From contig JAAXXG010000003.1 of NCBI GenBank assembly GCA_013334575.1, positions 12,699 to 76,698 of the forward strand: a DNA stretch of 64,000 bases, read 5' to 3'. Each line of letters begins with the position of its first letter. The first letter of the stretch is position 1. Positions 55,058 to 63,529 of the stretch are shown piece by piece. A program made the translations under genes and the position numbers. Below the pieces are notes generated by a model that had not been told where the DNA came from, ran no database searches, and saw only the letters and a list, made by a program, of their open reading frames with translations. Source of the DNA: Candidatus Moraniibacteriota bacterium. GTDB taxonomy: Bacteria; Patescibacteriota; Minisyncoccia; Moranbacterales; UBA1568.

Positions 55058-55094
55058 AGCCGGGCAATAGTACGTCTATGCCCGGCTGGTTTTC
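55058..55094. terminator. Bidirectional terminator AGCCGGGCA-loop-TGCCCGGCT
   Basis: A 9-bp stem lies between the convergent genes ending at 55017 (+) and 55107 (-). Confidence 0.55.
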
Positions 55095-55106
55095 GAAAAT
55101 ACCGAT

Positions 55107-56120
55107 TCAGCTTATCTCGCGGTACAGGCAATGGCCGTCGCATGCCTCCGGAAGATGCTCCGGGAATCGCGCAGACAGCTCCTGAAGGACTTCGGAATAC
55201 GTCTGTCGCAGGAGATTCCCGATGACGGTGTCGTTGCCGGGGCACGGCGTCACGTCCCCGTTGCCGAGAATTTGAAGCCGTTCGATACATGCGGCTGTCC
55301 CGAAATTGTTGAGCACGGGGTGGACGAAGCCGAAACTTGCGTCGATATCGCGAATCTGCTGGCGCATCCAGGCTCGATCCTCAAGTGAGACGATGAGGCT
55401 CTGGTCGACTTCTCCTCGCCCACTTCTTCCCGTGGGAAGAAAGAACGAAAAGATGACCCAGACATTTTGTTCGCGGCACGTACGCAGCACGGCAGGGACC
55501 TCGCGGACATTGCGGCTCGTTACCACCATGTCGAAACCGAGTCGGGTCGTCCCATCATTGCGGACTGCATTGAACCCCTGCCTTTTGAGCAGCTCGAACG
55601 CCTGGTTTCGTTTCTCGAAATAACCCGGCTTTTCGTCTCCGACCATTTCGTCTTGGTAAGCCTGGTCCTGCAGGCTGTCGAGTTTCAGCACGACGCTTGC
55701 ATTGAGACCATACAGCCTGTGAACAAATTCCAGATCGGTCAAGTGCGCGGAACCCTCGCTGAAGACAACGGGAATGAGGCCGAGTGAGTGTGTAGTCCCC
55801 ACGATATCGAAGAAGTCCCGATCGAGTGTCGGCTCGCCCTCTCCGATGAAGTTGACGGTCTTCGGCCCCGACCAAGCGACCTCGTTAAGGATCAGCTTGA
55901 TCTGGTCGAGTGTGAGAGTCCGCTTTTTCTTGTCCGTAAAGCAGTGAGGGCAGTTGTGCGGACAGCCTTCCGTCATCGCGCAAAAATCGATCGTGTGCGT
56001 TCCGGCGCGAAACTTCGCGTCCGTGATGTTCCATCCGTTCAGAACGGCTCCGATCCCGATAGGGGTCCGGTTGCCGAGCTGAAAGTATCCTGGTCCATAT
56101 GACTGTGACATGGTCACCAT
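55107..56120 (-). CDS. Radical SAM protein with SPASM-like C-terminal Cys cluster
   Basis: The CPHNCPHC motif is of CxxxCxxC type. It has a GGEP-like GEGEPTL motif. The C-terminus carries CPGND...CDGHC. Confidence 0.65.
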   Translation of the reverse strand: MVTMSQSYGPGYFQLGNRTPIGIGAVLNGWNITDAKFRAGTHTIDFCAMTEGCPHNCPHCFTDKKKRTLTLDQIKLILNEVAWSGPKTVNFIGEGEPTLDRDFFDIVGTTHSLGLIPVVFSEGSAHLTDLEFVHRLYGLNASVVLKLDSLQDQAYQDEMVGDEKPGYFEKRNQAFELLKRQGFNAVRNDGTTRLGFDMVVTSRNVREVPAVLRTCREQNVWVIFSFFLPTGRSGRGEVDQSLIVSLEDRAWMRQQIRDIDASFGFVHPVLNNFGTAACIERLQILGNGDVTPCPGNDTVIGNLLRQTYSEVLQELSARFPEHLPEACDGHCLYREIS

Positions 56121-56214
56121 CCCTTTGTTTACTTGATGAAGTTGAAAAGAAACTGATGTCTAGTTATAGAAGATTTCCGACATCACGTCAAGTCCGCCGT
56201 AAGCCGGAGCCTGC

Positions 56215-56262
56215 ATGCTTTACAGTATATGCTTCGGGGAGTAGAAAGGGGGTGAAAGGGGC
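56215..56262 (+). repeat. Conserved leader repeat (GCTTTACA...GGGGAGTAGAAAGGGGGTGAAAGGG), copy 1
   Basis: It is about 85% identical to 58579-58626. Both copies precede a gene start by 20-40 nt. Confidence 0.55.
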
Positions 56263-56282
56263 AGTATACATTTGAATGGTCT

Positions 56283-57809
56283 ATGTTTTATAAGCATCAT
56301 CTGAAACATCTCGGCGTGAAGTATTCTTTTCCGAAACTTTTATCGGAAAAGGATTTTTCTGAGTGGGTGCGGGAAACGAAGGCTCCTGATGATGACGTCC
56401 TTGAGGCATTGCGCGCGGTCGATCTGGGAAAGAGGTATGGCGCGATGAATGCCCTCATGGAAGAACGGACAAAAAATATCAACGCGTTGTTTCTCGAGGA
56501 ATTGCCGGAATTTTTTGAGAATGAATCGGGAGGGAAGGAGGACGCGAAATACTTCAGTGATTTTTTGCAGGCCCATTTTTCCCGAGAGAAACATGTGCGG
56601 GTCCTGATCGTCCAGATGGTCGGGGAAATGTTGCTCGGAGCGCAGGGCACTCCCGATGGATTGAAGGATGATCTGAAAGTGAGGAAGATCATAAATGCCG
56701 AGCAAGCGGAGATCTGGCGAACCACGTTGGACTATCTCTCCCTTGCGGTCGAGGTCGTGGACGCCGCGAGCTATGTCGCCGACGACGCTTTCGACAAAAC
56801 ACTTTCACGATTCGGTGTCGATACCCCGTACAAGGTGCACGGTGATTTCGCAGGTCCGATAGGGGCCGATATCCTGTTGCACTCGCTTGGGAACTATATT
56901 TTCTATAAGACGATACGTGAGCACGAGCGCGGAGTCGAAGCCGGCTATCTGACGGAATCGGGTAGCGTGTCGACGAACGACAATCCGTATTCCTTGAAGT
57001 GGAAGGACGACACGACGGGCGTATATGTCTATATCAATCCGGAGCAGTACATGGACGTGTGGGAAGTCTGGTCGTGGGCGTGGTATCTGATCAATTCGGG
57101 ACAGATACGCGATCTGTATGAATTCGGACTCGAGGATATCGGGTCATTCGATGTCGACTCGTATATGTCGCGGGCCTATCGACTGTCCGGAGGGCTTATC
57201 GAGTGTGCCACGCATCTTTCGGCGGCCTTCATGGGATGCGGGTATTGGGAAGGTCGGCAGCATATCGGAAAATGGGCGGCGATATACGGCACGATGACGC
57301 AGATACGCAACGATTTTTACGATTACGTCCTGTATTCCGTCGAGGGTCCGAAGAAACACGATTTCGTGAAGGAGACGCACGAAGACGTCTCCTTGGGACG
57401 CGTCACACTGCCGCTCGGGTTCGCATATGCTCAGGCTGACGACGCGGACCGGAAGGCAATGCTTGAACTGGCGTCTTCCATGAAGGAAAAGAAGTCACAG
57501 GGCATGGAAATCCCCGAACAGGATAGGCTGAAGCTGAATGGTCTGATCGCGAAAAACGGTGGATTTCTCGCATCGAAAAAAATCATCTATAACATGGTGA
57601 CGTGGGCGGTGGATGAACTGATGCCGCTTCGGAAGGATTTTCAGGATAGCGGACGGTATTGGGATCTAGTCGCCTGGACCGTCGCGTCGCTGAATATCCT
57701 GAATATCGATCCGGAACGTACCGATCCTGGTGCCGGGTCGGTCGGCAATATGTTCGATTTGAAAGCGATTGCTGATTTTCTGAAACAGGCCTCGGTAAGC
57801 AATAAATGA
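56283..57809 (+). CDS. Isoprenoid-synthase-fold (trans-IPPS/terpene-synthase-like) domain protein, motifs degenerate
   Basis: It has a DDxxD motif (ADDAFD) and a second partial motif TQIRNDFYD. It is alpha-helical. Confidence 0.3.
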   Translation: MFYKHHLKHLGVKYSFPKLLSEKDFSEWVRETKAPDDDVLEALRAVDLGKRYGAMNALMEERTKNINALFLEELPEFFENESGGKEDAKYFSDFLQAHFSREKHVRVLIVQMVGEMLLGAQGTPDGLKDDLKVRKIINAEQAEIWRTTLDYLSLAVEVVDAASYVADDAFDKTLSRFGVDTPYKVHGDFAGPIGADILLHSLGNYIFYKTIREHERGVEAGYLTESGSVSTNDNPYSLKWKDDTTGVYVYINPEQYMDVWEVWSWAWYLINSGQIRDLYEFGLEDIGSFDVDSYMSRAYRLSGGLIECATHLSAAFMGCGYWEGRQHIGKWAAIYGTMTQIRNDFYDYVLYSVEGPKKHDFVKETHEDVSLGRVTLPLGFAYAQADDADRKAMLELASSMKEKKSQGMEIPEQDRLKLNGLIAKNGGFLASKKIIYNMVTWAVDELMPLRKDFQDSGRYWDLVAWTVASLNILNIDPERTDPGAGSVGNMFDLKAIADFLKQASVSNK

Positions 57810-57820
57810 AATCAACGGCG

Positions 57821-57920
57821 AAGCGGTTCAGGAAGACCTGAAAGCCTTCCTCCTGTCACTTGGCATCGGCACAGACGACATCGTCACCAAAGGCTACGAC
57901 ACGCTATTGTATGAGAAGGG
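57821..57920 (+). repeat. Orphan copy (~100 bp, ~92% identity) of the 3' end of the CYTH gene at 59101-59200
   Basis: It would encode ...AVQEDLKAFLLSLGIGTDDIVTKGYDTLLYEKG*. It sits between the 56283 gene and the S51 paralog. Confidence 0.8.
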
Positions 57921-57940
57921 GATCTGATTACACATCGACT

Positions 57941-58564
57941 ATGAAACTGATACTCGCTTCCGATTTGAGCTTTGTCCTGAAATACGGATATGGCCATACC
58001 GGTATCCCGAAGGCGGATATGCGGATCGGGTATGTGACGACCGCAACGAAGGGCGCTCGCTCGAAGGAATTTTTTGAAAACATGGAGCGGCAGATCGTGG
58101 AGTCCGGATATACTTTCGAGGAGTTCGACATCGAAGGAAAAAGCGCAGAAGAAATGAGATCGTTCTTCTCGGACAAGAATGTGATCCATATCGAGGGTGG
58201 CAATACCTTCTATCTTCTGAAAGCCATCCGAGAAACCGGCTTCGCCGAGGTACTCGATGAACTTCTCAAAGAGGGGAAAGTCTATATCGGTACGAGTACG
58301 GGATCCTATATAATGTGCCCGTCGATCGAAGTGGCGGATTGGGACGAAACCGGAAAAAGCCGGTTCGGAATGACCGACTTCACCGCCCTCAATTATGTCC
58401 CGTTCGTCCTCAAGGTACATTACAAGGATGAGATGCAGGAATCCGTGAGGGAAAAGATGAAGACTGCGCACCATCCGCTCCGATTACTGCGTGAAGGGCA
58501 AGGCATCCTCGTCGACAACGGCGTCGAAACCTTCGTCGGTGACGGAGAAGAAACGGTGTTATAG
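57941..58564 (+). CDS. Peptidase S51, paralog 2
   Basis: It has the IEGGNTFYLL motif and the nucleophile context IGTSTGSYIM. Confidence 0.65.
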   Translation: MKLILASDLSFVLKYGYGHTGIPKADMRIGYVTTATKGARSKEFFENMERQIVESGYTFEEFDIEGKSAEEMRSFFSDKNVIHIEGGNTFYLLKAIRETGFAEVLDELLKEGKVYIGTSTGSYIMCPSIEVADWDETGKSRFGMTDFTALNYVPFVLKVHYKDEMQESVREKMKTAHHPLRLLREGQGILVDNGVETFVGDGEETVL

Positions 58565-58578
58565 GTGAATTATATCCG

Positions 58579-58626
58579 CTTTACAACGGCGTGTTTGGGG
58601 AGTAGAAAGGGGGTGAAAGGGATGGA
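58579..58626 (+). repeat. Conserved leader repeat, copy 2
   Basis: It reads CCGCTTTACAACGGCGTGTTTGGGGAGTAGAAAGGGGGTGAAAGGG. Confidence 0.55.
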
Positions 58627-58665
58627 TATTCCGTTCCGATGGTGGGGTATGTCATTAGTACCGAC

Positions 58666-59229
58666 ATGAAGGAAATCGAGATCAAAGCTCGGATGCGCGA
58701 TATCGACACGCTGACCGGGGCGCTTGCCGCCAAGGGGTTCGTGTTCGGCGAACCCGCGGTCCAAAACGACGTGATATTCCTGCCGGCCGGGATCGAGTTC
58801 CCGGAAATCACCAAAGGGGTTCCGGTCGTGCGCGTGCGGAACGCGGACGGCGTTTCGACCCTGACGCTCAAGATGGGTGTCGTCGCCGGGAAGGAGCTCA
58901 TAAAGCTGGAGAAGGAGGTGAGGGTGGGCGACGACAAGACGGCTATCGAGATCGTCTCGCTTATGGGATTTCACGAGGTGATACGAGTCGGCAAGAAACG
59001 GATGGAATGCGAACACGACGGCGTGACCGTCTGTATCGACGACGTGACCGGACTCGGGGCGTTCATCGAGGTCGAGCAATTGTCGGACGCTGAAAACGAC
59101 GAAGCGGTCCAGGAAGAGCTGAAAGCCTTCCTTCTGTCGCTCGGCATCGGCACAGACGACATCGTCACCAAAGGCTACGACACGCTTTTGTATGAGAAGG
59201 ATAGCCGCTTTGCAAGGATTGGATTATAG
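58666..59229 (+). CDS. CYTH-domain protein (class IV adenylate cyclase-like), paralog 2
   Basis: The N-terminus reads MKEIEIKARM (ExExK). It has the CYTH beta-barrel motifs. Its 3' 100 bp are duplicated at 57821-57920. Confidence 0.65.
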   Translation: MKEIEIKARMRDIDTLTGALAAKGFVFGEPAVQNDVIFLPAGIEFPEITKGVPVVRVRNADGVSTLTLKMGVVAGKELIKLEKEVRVGDDKTAIEIVSLMGFHEVIRVGKKRMECEHDGVTVCIDDVTGLGAFIEVEQLSDAENDEAVQEELKAFLLSLGIGTDDIVTKGYDTLLYEKDSRFARIGL

Positions 59230-59308
59230 AGTAGAAATGAATGAGATTTATTTCAAGTGATAATTGTATATATTGTTACCTAGCAATAATTGATTTTGAC
59301 CTTTCAAT

Positions 59309-60568
59309 ATGAATCTAAAAACATTCGATGTGCATTCATATCGATCATGCCAGAGCGTTAAATTTCCTCTTAATAGAGATTTAACTGGTTTGATTGGGAT
59401 AAATGGATCGGGTAAAACCAACGTTTTGAATTCAATTTTTTTGCTGAGAAAAATATCAGAATTCAGATTCAAATACGCGAATAATCGAGACACAGAATAT
59501 AATACTTGCAAAATTGGAGCAGTCTTTGAACATAACGGGATATCCATTCAGTTGAAGGCGACGATCTATCTTGAAATGGATGAACGAAATAATGACGAGA
59601 TAATTTCTTCCGATTTTAAATGGAAGTTTTCGAATTATAATTCGAAAGAATGGCTGACAATTCCTATTGAATTCTTTTCGAATCAATTTAATAGCAGCTC
59701 ATTTCATCTTCCAGTAAGTATTCGTAGTAACATTCGTTTTTCAAAAGGATCAAGGGGCAGTTTTTTTGAAATATATAAATTATTCCATACAAAAGAATTT
59801 AAAAAAAATGTGCAACCATTACTTCATGAAGTATTTGAATTCATCAATGGAATAAATTATTATAGCGCGACACAATTTTCTGATCCCGGACGCTGTCCAG
59901 TCTCTATTGAACTGGAAGAAGACAGGTTTCGAAGGAGGACGCATTCTTCATCTGGTCATGAGCAGTTCATTTTCGATTTATATAATTCACACAAGCAAAA
60001 TGATAAGGAGTTTATAAGATATTTTAATACAATAGGCAAAGTTGGAATTGGTCTGATTGACGAATTGTCTTTTGAGACTTTACCAATTCCATCAAGTACC
60101 TATAAGGTGCGATCTGGTGGTCAAATTAAACAAAAAAATTTCGAGAGACAACTGATCGTACCAATTTTTACAATTAATGGTAAGAAATTGTCGCCTAACC
60201 AATTATCTGAAGGGACGTTCAAGACATTAGCATTGCTCTATTACCTCATTACGGATAAAAGCACACTACTTCTAATTGAGGAACCTGAGGTATGTATCCA
60301 TCATGGCTTGCTCGACAGTATAATTAAGTTATTGATTAGTCAGTCAAAGCATAAACAAATTATTATAAGTACACATTCGGATTTTGTACTAGATCACTTG
60401 TCACCAGAGAATATACTCCTTGTTAAATATCTGGAGACAAAAGGAACAACGGTTAAACAATTATCAAAGTCAATGAGTAGTGATGAGTATCGGGCTCTGA
60501 AGATGTATCTCAAAGAGTCGGGTAATTTAGGTGAATATGCACGAGAAGGCGGATTCGAGTATGAGTAA
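59309..60568 (+). CDS. OLD/ABC-type AAA ATPase (AAA_21-like), AT-rich gene
   Basis: The Walker A is GINGSGKTN. LSEGTFKTLALL is signature-like. The Walker B is LLLIEEPEVCIHH. The H-loop is IISTHS. Confidence 0.75.
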   Translation: MNLKTFDVHSYRSCQSVKFPLNRDLTGLIGINGSGKTNVLNSIFLLRKISEFRFKYANNRDTEYNTCKIGAVFEHNGISIQLKATIYLEMDERNNDEIISSDFKWKFSNYNSKEWLTIPIEFFSNQFNSSSFHLPVSIRSNIRFSKGSRGSFFEIYKLFHTKEFKKNVQPLLHEVFEFINGINYYSATQFSDPGRCPVSIELEEDRFRRRTHSSSGHEQFIFDLYNSHKQNDKEFIRYFNTIGKVGIGLIDELSFETLPIPSSTYKVRSGGQIKQKNFERQLIVPIFTINGKKLSPNQLSEGTFKTLALLYYLITDKSTLLLIEEPEVCIHHGLLDSIIKLLISQSKHKQIIISTHSDFVLDHLSPENILLVKYLETKGTTVKQLSKSMSSDEYRALKMYLKESGNLGEYAREGGFEYE

Positions 60569-61145
60569 ACGAAAGCCAAGAGTCGGAATAATTGCAGAAG
60601 ACAGGAGTGATATTGAGTGCGTACGAGCGCTGATTTTTCGAATAACAAATGATAATAAAATTGGTGTAGACGGGATGGCGAAAAATGGATGCACCATGCT
60701 GGTTCGGAAGTGCGGACATTGGGCTGTTAATTTACATGAAAAAGGATGTAATTTGCTAATTGTGATTCATGATTCGGATGGGAAAGATCCGCGTGCGATA
60801 CATAATAGGATTGAGCTTGCGCTTCATGCGTGTCCGATAGTAAAGAAAATAATCACAATACCTGTCGAAGAAATTGAAGCCTGGTTGCTTGCTGATCCTA
60901 ATGCAATAAAAAAAGGCATCAATTTAGATAAGATTCCAAAAATTAATAGAAACGTTGAACAAATATCTTCCCCAAAGGAATTTCTCGAAGACATTATTGA
61001 TAAAACATCTAATCGAGAAAAGATCTATATTAATAGTAAACATAATGCAATGATTGCTCGCAACATCGATATAGAAAAGATTAAGGAAAAGTGCCCATCC
61101 TTTTTGCCGTTTCTTAAATTTGTACAGGAAAACACTGTTTCGTAG
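60561..61145 (+). CDS. TOPRIM-like small protein (DUF4276/RloB-like), partner of the upstream ATPase
   Basis: It has a conserved Glu in GIIAEDRSD, a DxD in VIHDSDG and an EIEAWLLADP motif. Its start overlaps the ATPase stop as ATGAGTAA. It is AT-rich. Confidence 0.55.
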   Translation: MSKRKPRVGIIAEDRSDIECVRALIFRITNDNKIGVDGMAKNGCTMLVRKCGHWAVNLHEKGCNLLIVIHDSDGKDPRAIHNRIELALHACPIVKKIITIPVEEIEAWLLADPNAIKKGINLDKIPKINRNVEQISSPKEFLEDIIDKTSNREKIYINSKHNAMIARNIDIEKIKEKCPSFLPFLKFVQENTVS

Positions 61146-61253
61146 CGTAGCAAAGGGGCTCAGGTACTTTGAGCTATAATCGAGCACATGTTGAGCATCA
61201 GGCTGACGGGATTCGAATGCGGACGAAGGGAGGGAATGTGCGATACTGGCGAT

Positions 61254-61400
61254 ATGACAAAGGATGAGACATACGAACGGATACTGAAAGAAGCGAGGAA
61301 CGATTCCGAAGTCCTCGGCTTCGCTCTGACCGGGGGAGTAGGGAAGGGCTTCGTGACCGAACATTCGGAAAGATATGAACAGGCGGGCGGAAGATGGTAG
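61254..61400 (+). pseudogene. Possible truncated N-terminal fragment of an ANT(6)/AadK-like nucleotidyltransferase
   Basis: MTKDETYERILKEARNDSEVLGFALTGG resembles the AadK N-terminus M..E.EM.D.ILDFALNDERIRLVTLEGS. It stops after 48 codons. Confidence 0.25.
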
Positions 61401-61423
61401 TATTGAATCGTAGTTCTTAAGAT

Positions 61424-61864
61424 ATGCTTATGAAGGTAGGTGTTGATTATATCGGAGTCGGATGCGGGGCTATCGTCATAAACGAAAAGGACGAAGTACT
61501 GCTCCTGAGGCGATCGACAACGTCGCGGACCGATCCCGGAAAATGGTGTCGTCCGGGCGGGCAGGTCGAATTTGGTGAGTCTGTCGCGGCTGCGGTCGAG
61601 CGTGAAACGAAGGAAGAGGCGGGTATCGTCGTACGCGCAATCAGGCCGCTTGAATTCACGGATGATCGTTCCGAAGATATGTCGAAACACTGGATTGCAC
61701 TCGGGTATCTCGCCGAACACGTTTCCGGTGAACCGGTGAACGTTGAACCTGACAAGCACGACACAATCGGATGGTTTCCGCTTGACCAGCTTCCGGAAAA
61801 CCTGGCGACATATACAAAGAACTCGATTGACGTGTATCTTGATCAAAAGCGATACGGGCTGTAA
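61424..61864 (+). CDS. NUDIX hydrolase
   Basis: The Nudix box reads GGQVEFGESVAAAVERETKEEAGI (Gx5Ex7REUxEExGU). Confidence 0.8.
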   Translation: MLMKVGVDYIGVGCGAIVINEKDEVLLLRRSTTSRTDPGKWCRPGGQVEFGESVAAAVERETKEEAGIVVRAIRPLEFTDDRSEDMSKHWIALGYLAEHVSGEPVNVEPDKHDTIGWFPLDQLPENLATYTKNSIDVYLDQKRYGL

Positions 61865-61873
61865 GAAGTTTCT

Positions 61874-62488
61874 ATGCTCATCTTTCTCGCGTCGACTGCG
61901 GCAAAGACTATCGATAGGATCGTACCGCTGTTGCCGAAACCGGCCGCAGAGATGCGGGTGGCGTTTGTTCCGACGGCGGGTGATATTTACGATCCGCATC
62001 CGTGGGTTGAGGCGGACCGGGATGCGCTCGTCGGTCTCGGGTTCCAGGTCGCGGATATTGACTTGAAGACATGCCACGGAGAAGAGCTGAGGAAACGACT
62101 TTCCGGGGCGGATATCATCTTTGTCGCCGGAGGGAGCACTTCGTATCTTCTTGAGCAGGCACAACTGAGCGGCTTCGTTGTCATCGCGCGGGATCTTGTT
62201 CGGGCGGGGAAGATATACGTCGGCTCGAGCGCCGGGTCACTTCTTGCGGGCCCTGATATCGAGGTGGACAAGGTATATGACGAAGGGGATTTCGGAAAGA
62301 CGTTGGCCTCGTATGAGGGACTCGGACTTGTCGATTTCGTCGTCTTGCCGCATGCCGACCGTTTGGACTATCTTCCGTATCTGGAACGGGCGGAGTTGGA
62401 GTATGGTGAGGGCCGAAAGCTGGTTAGGCTCAATGAAATGCAGGCGATTGTCGTCACGGACGACGGGATGAAACGTATTGAGGCATGA
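61874..62488 (+). CDS. Peptidase S51, paralog 3
   Basis: It has the FVAGGSTSYLL motif and the nucleophile context YVGSSAGSLL. Confidence 0.65.
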   Translation: MLIFLASTAAKTIDRIVPLLPKPAAEMRVAFVPTAGDIYDPHPWVEADRDALVGLGFQVADIDLKTCHGEELRKRLSGADIIFVAGGSTSYLLEQAQLSGFVVIARDLVRAGKIYVGSSAGSLLAGPDIEVDKVYDEGDFGKTLASYEGLGLVDFVVLPHADRLDYLPYLERAELEYGEGRKLVRLNEMQAIVVTDDGMKRIEA

Positions 62489-62528
62489 ACGGAATCATTC
62501 AAAATACTAATCCGTTAGTCATAACCAT

Positions 62529-62693
62529 ATGGACAAGATAAAGGTCGAGCAGCATGGGTTCACGGCGTTCTCGTGGTTCGCCGGGTGGCTCTTCACGCTC
62601 GGGTTTCTCCAGCTGACGTTCTGGAAGGGGCTTCTTGCGATCGTGCTGTGGCCGTACTATATCGGCATGACAGTCGCCTCGTTCGTGCGGTAG
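62529..62693 (+). CDS. Small two-TM membrane protein (54 aa)
   Basis: It encodes MDKIKVEQHGFTAFSWFAGWLFTLGFLQLTFWKGLLAIVLWPYYIGMTVASFVR. A terminator follows. Confidence 0.3.
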   Translation: MDKIKVEQHGFTAFSWFAGWLFTLGFLQLTFWKGLLAIVLWPYYIGMTVASFVR

Positions 62694-62734
62694 GTCACGC
62701 CTTATTTCGGCTGAAATCCAGAAAGGGCGGAAAA

Positions 62735-62760
62735 GAAGGCCTGTATAAGCCTTCTTTTTT
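62735..62760 (+). terminator. Terminator GAAGGC-ctgtataa-GCCTTC followed by T6
   Basis: A paralogous terminator plus a downstream GAAATTCGG motif recurs at 63433-63470. Confidence 0.55.
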
Positions 62761-62875
62761 CGGTGAAATTCGGAAAAACGGTGGGAATTTCGCTTCGGTA
62801 TTGATTTCCGCACTGCGGTGCGATAGAGTGGCGCCAGTGTGAAATGGCTCTTTAACGCAAACAAAGGAGATAATC

Positions 62876-63379
62876 GTGAAAACGTCAGGAAAACATTCCG
62901 TGTTATCGACACGCGTGGAGGCGGGACGCATACGGCGGAACGTGGTCGCGTATCTGCGACTTGTCGTCGAACTTTGTTTTATCTTTTCCGCTGCCGTCCT
63001 TATCGTGTCACCGGTCATTGCGCTGCACATCGTCTTTACGAAGGGCTTTTCTCAATTCATGGCTCTCGTCGCGCACTGGAGTATGTTGATGCTCTATTTC
63101 GGCTTCTTCTCACTTGGTTGTGGTGTAGCTCTTTCAACCCTGTTAGCGGCCATCTCTATGACGATGTCGTCATCGACACTTGAGGAGGATGTCTACATGT
63201 TACCGTTCGTAAAGGATGGATTTATGACGTCCTGTCTTCTGGCGATCGGAAGAGGTATGTGGGCGGCGGTCACGTTCCCATTTCGTCTTTTGGCCGATAT
63301 CATTCCGTGGTGGAAGGGGGTATCGGTGATTTTCCCGAAGGAACATGTAGCGCGGAGATTTCCGCGGATTCCCAATTGA
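62876..63379 (+). CDS. Hypothetical four-TM membrane protein
   Basis: The ORF is 167 aa with hydrophobic helices. Confidence 0.5.
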   Translation: MKTSGKHSVLSTRVEAGRIRRNVVAYLRLVVELCFIFSAAVLIVSPVIALHIVFTKGFSQFMALVAHWSMLMLYFGFFSLGCGVALSTLLAAISMTMSSSTLEEDVYMLPFVKDGFMTSCLLAIGRGMWAAVTFPFRLLADIIPWWKGVSVIFPKEHVARRFPRIPN

Positions 63380-63432
63380 CGGCGACATGGTATATTTCAG
63401 TCGTTCAATCTGAAACCGAATTTCGAACGTAA

Positions 63433-63460
63433 AGAAGGCTTATCCGAGCCTTCTTTTTTT
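63433..63460 (+). terminator. Terminator AGAAGGCT-tatccg-AGCCTTCT followed by T7
   Basis: An 8-bp stem with a T-run. Confidence 0.6.
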
Positions 63461-63529
63461 GATGAAATTGGGAAGGCGGGTCGGGCGGGGTATACTGACG
63501 GCAGGCGGTATCCGATTCTTGATTTCCAT

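Noticed and set aside
61160-62164. 334-aa minus-strand ORF
   Set aside because: It is antisense to the NUDIX hydrolase and the S51 peptidase, which both carry diagnostic motifs.
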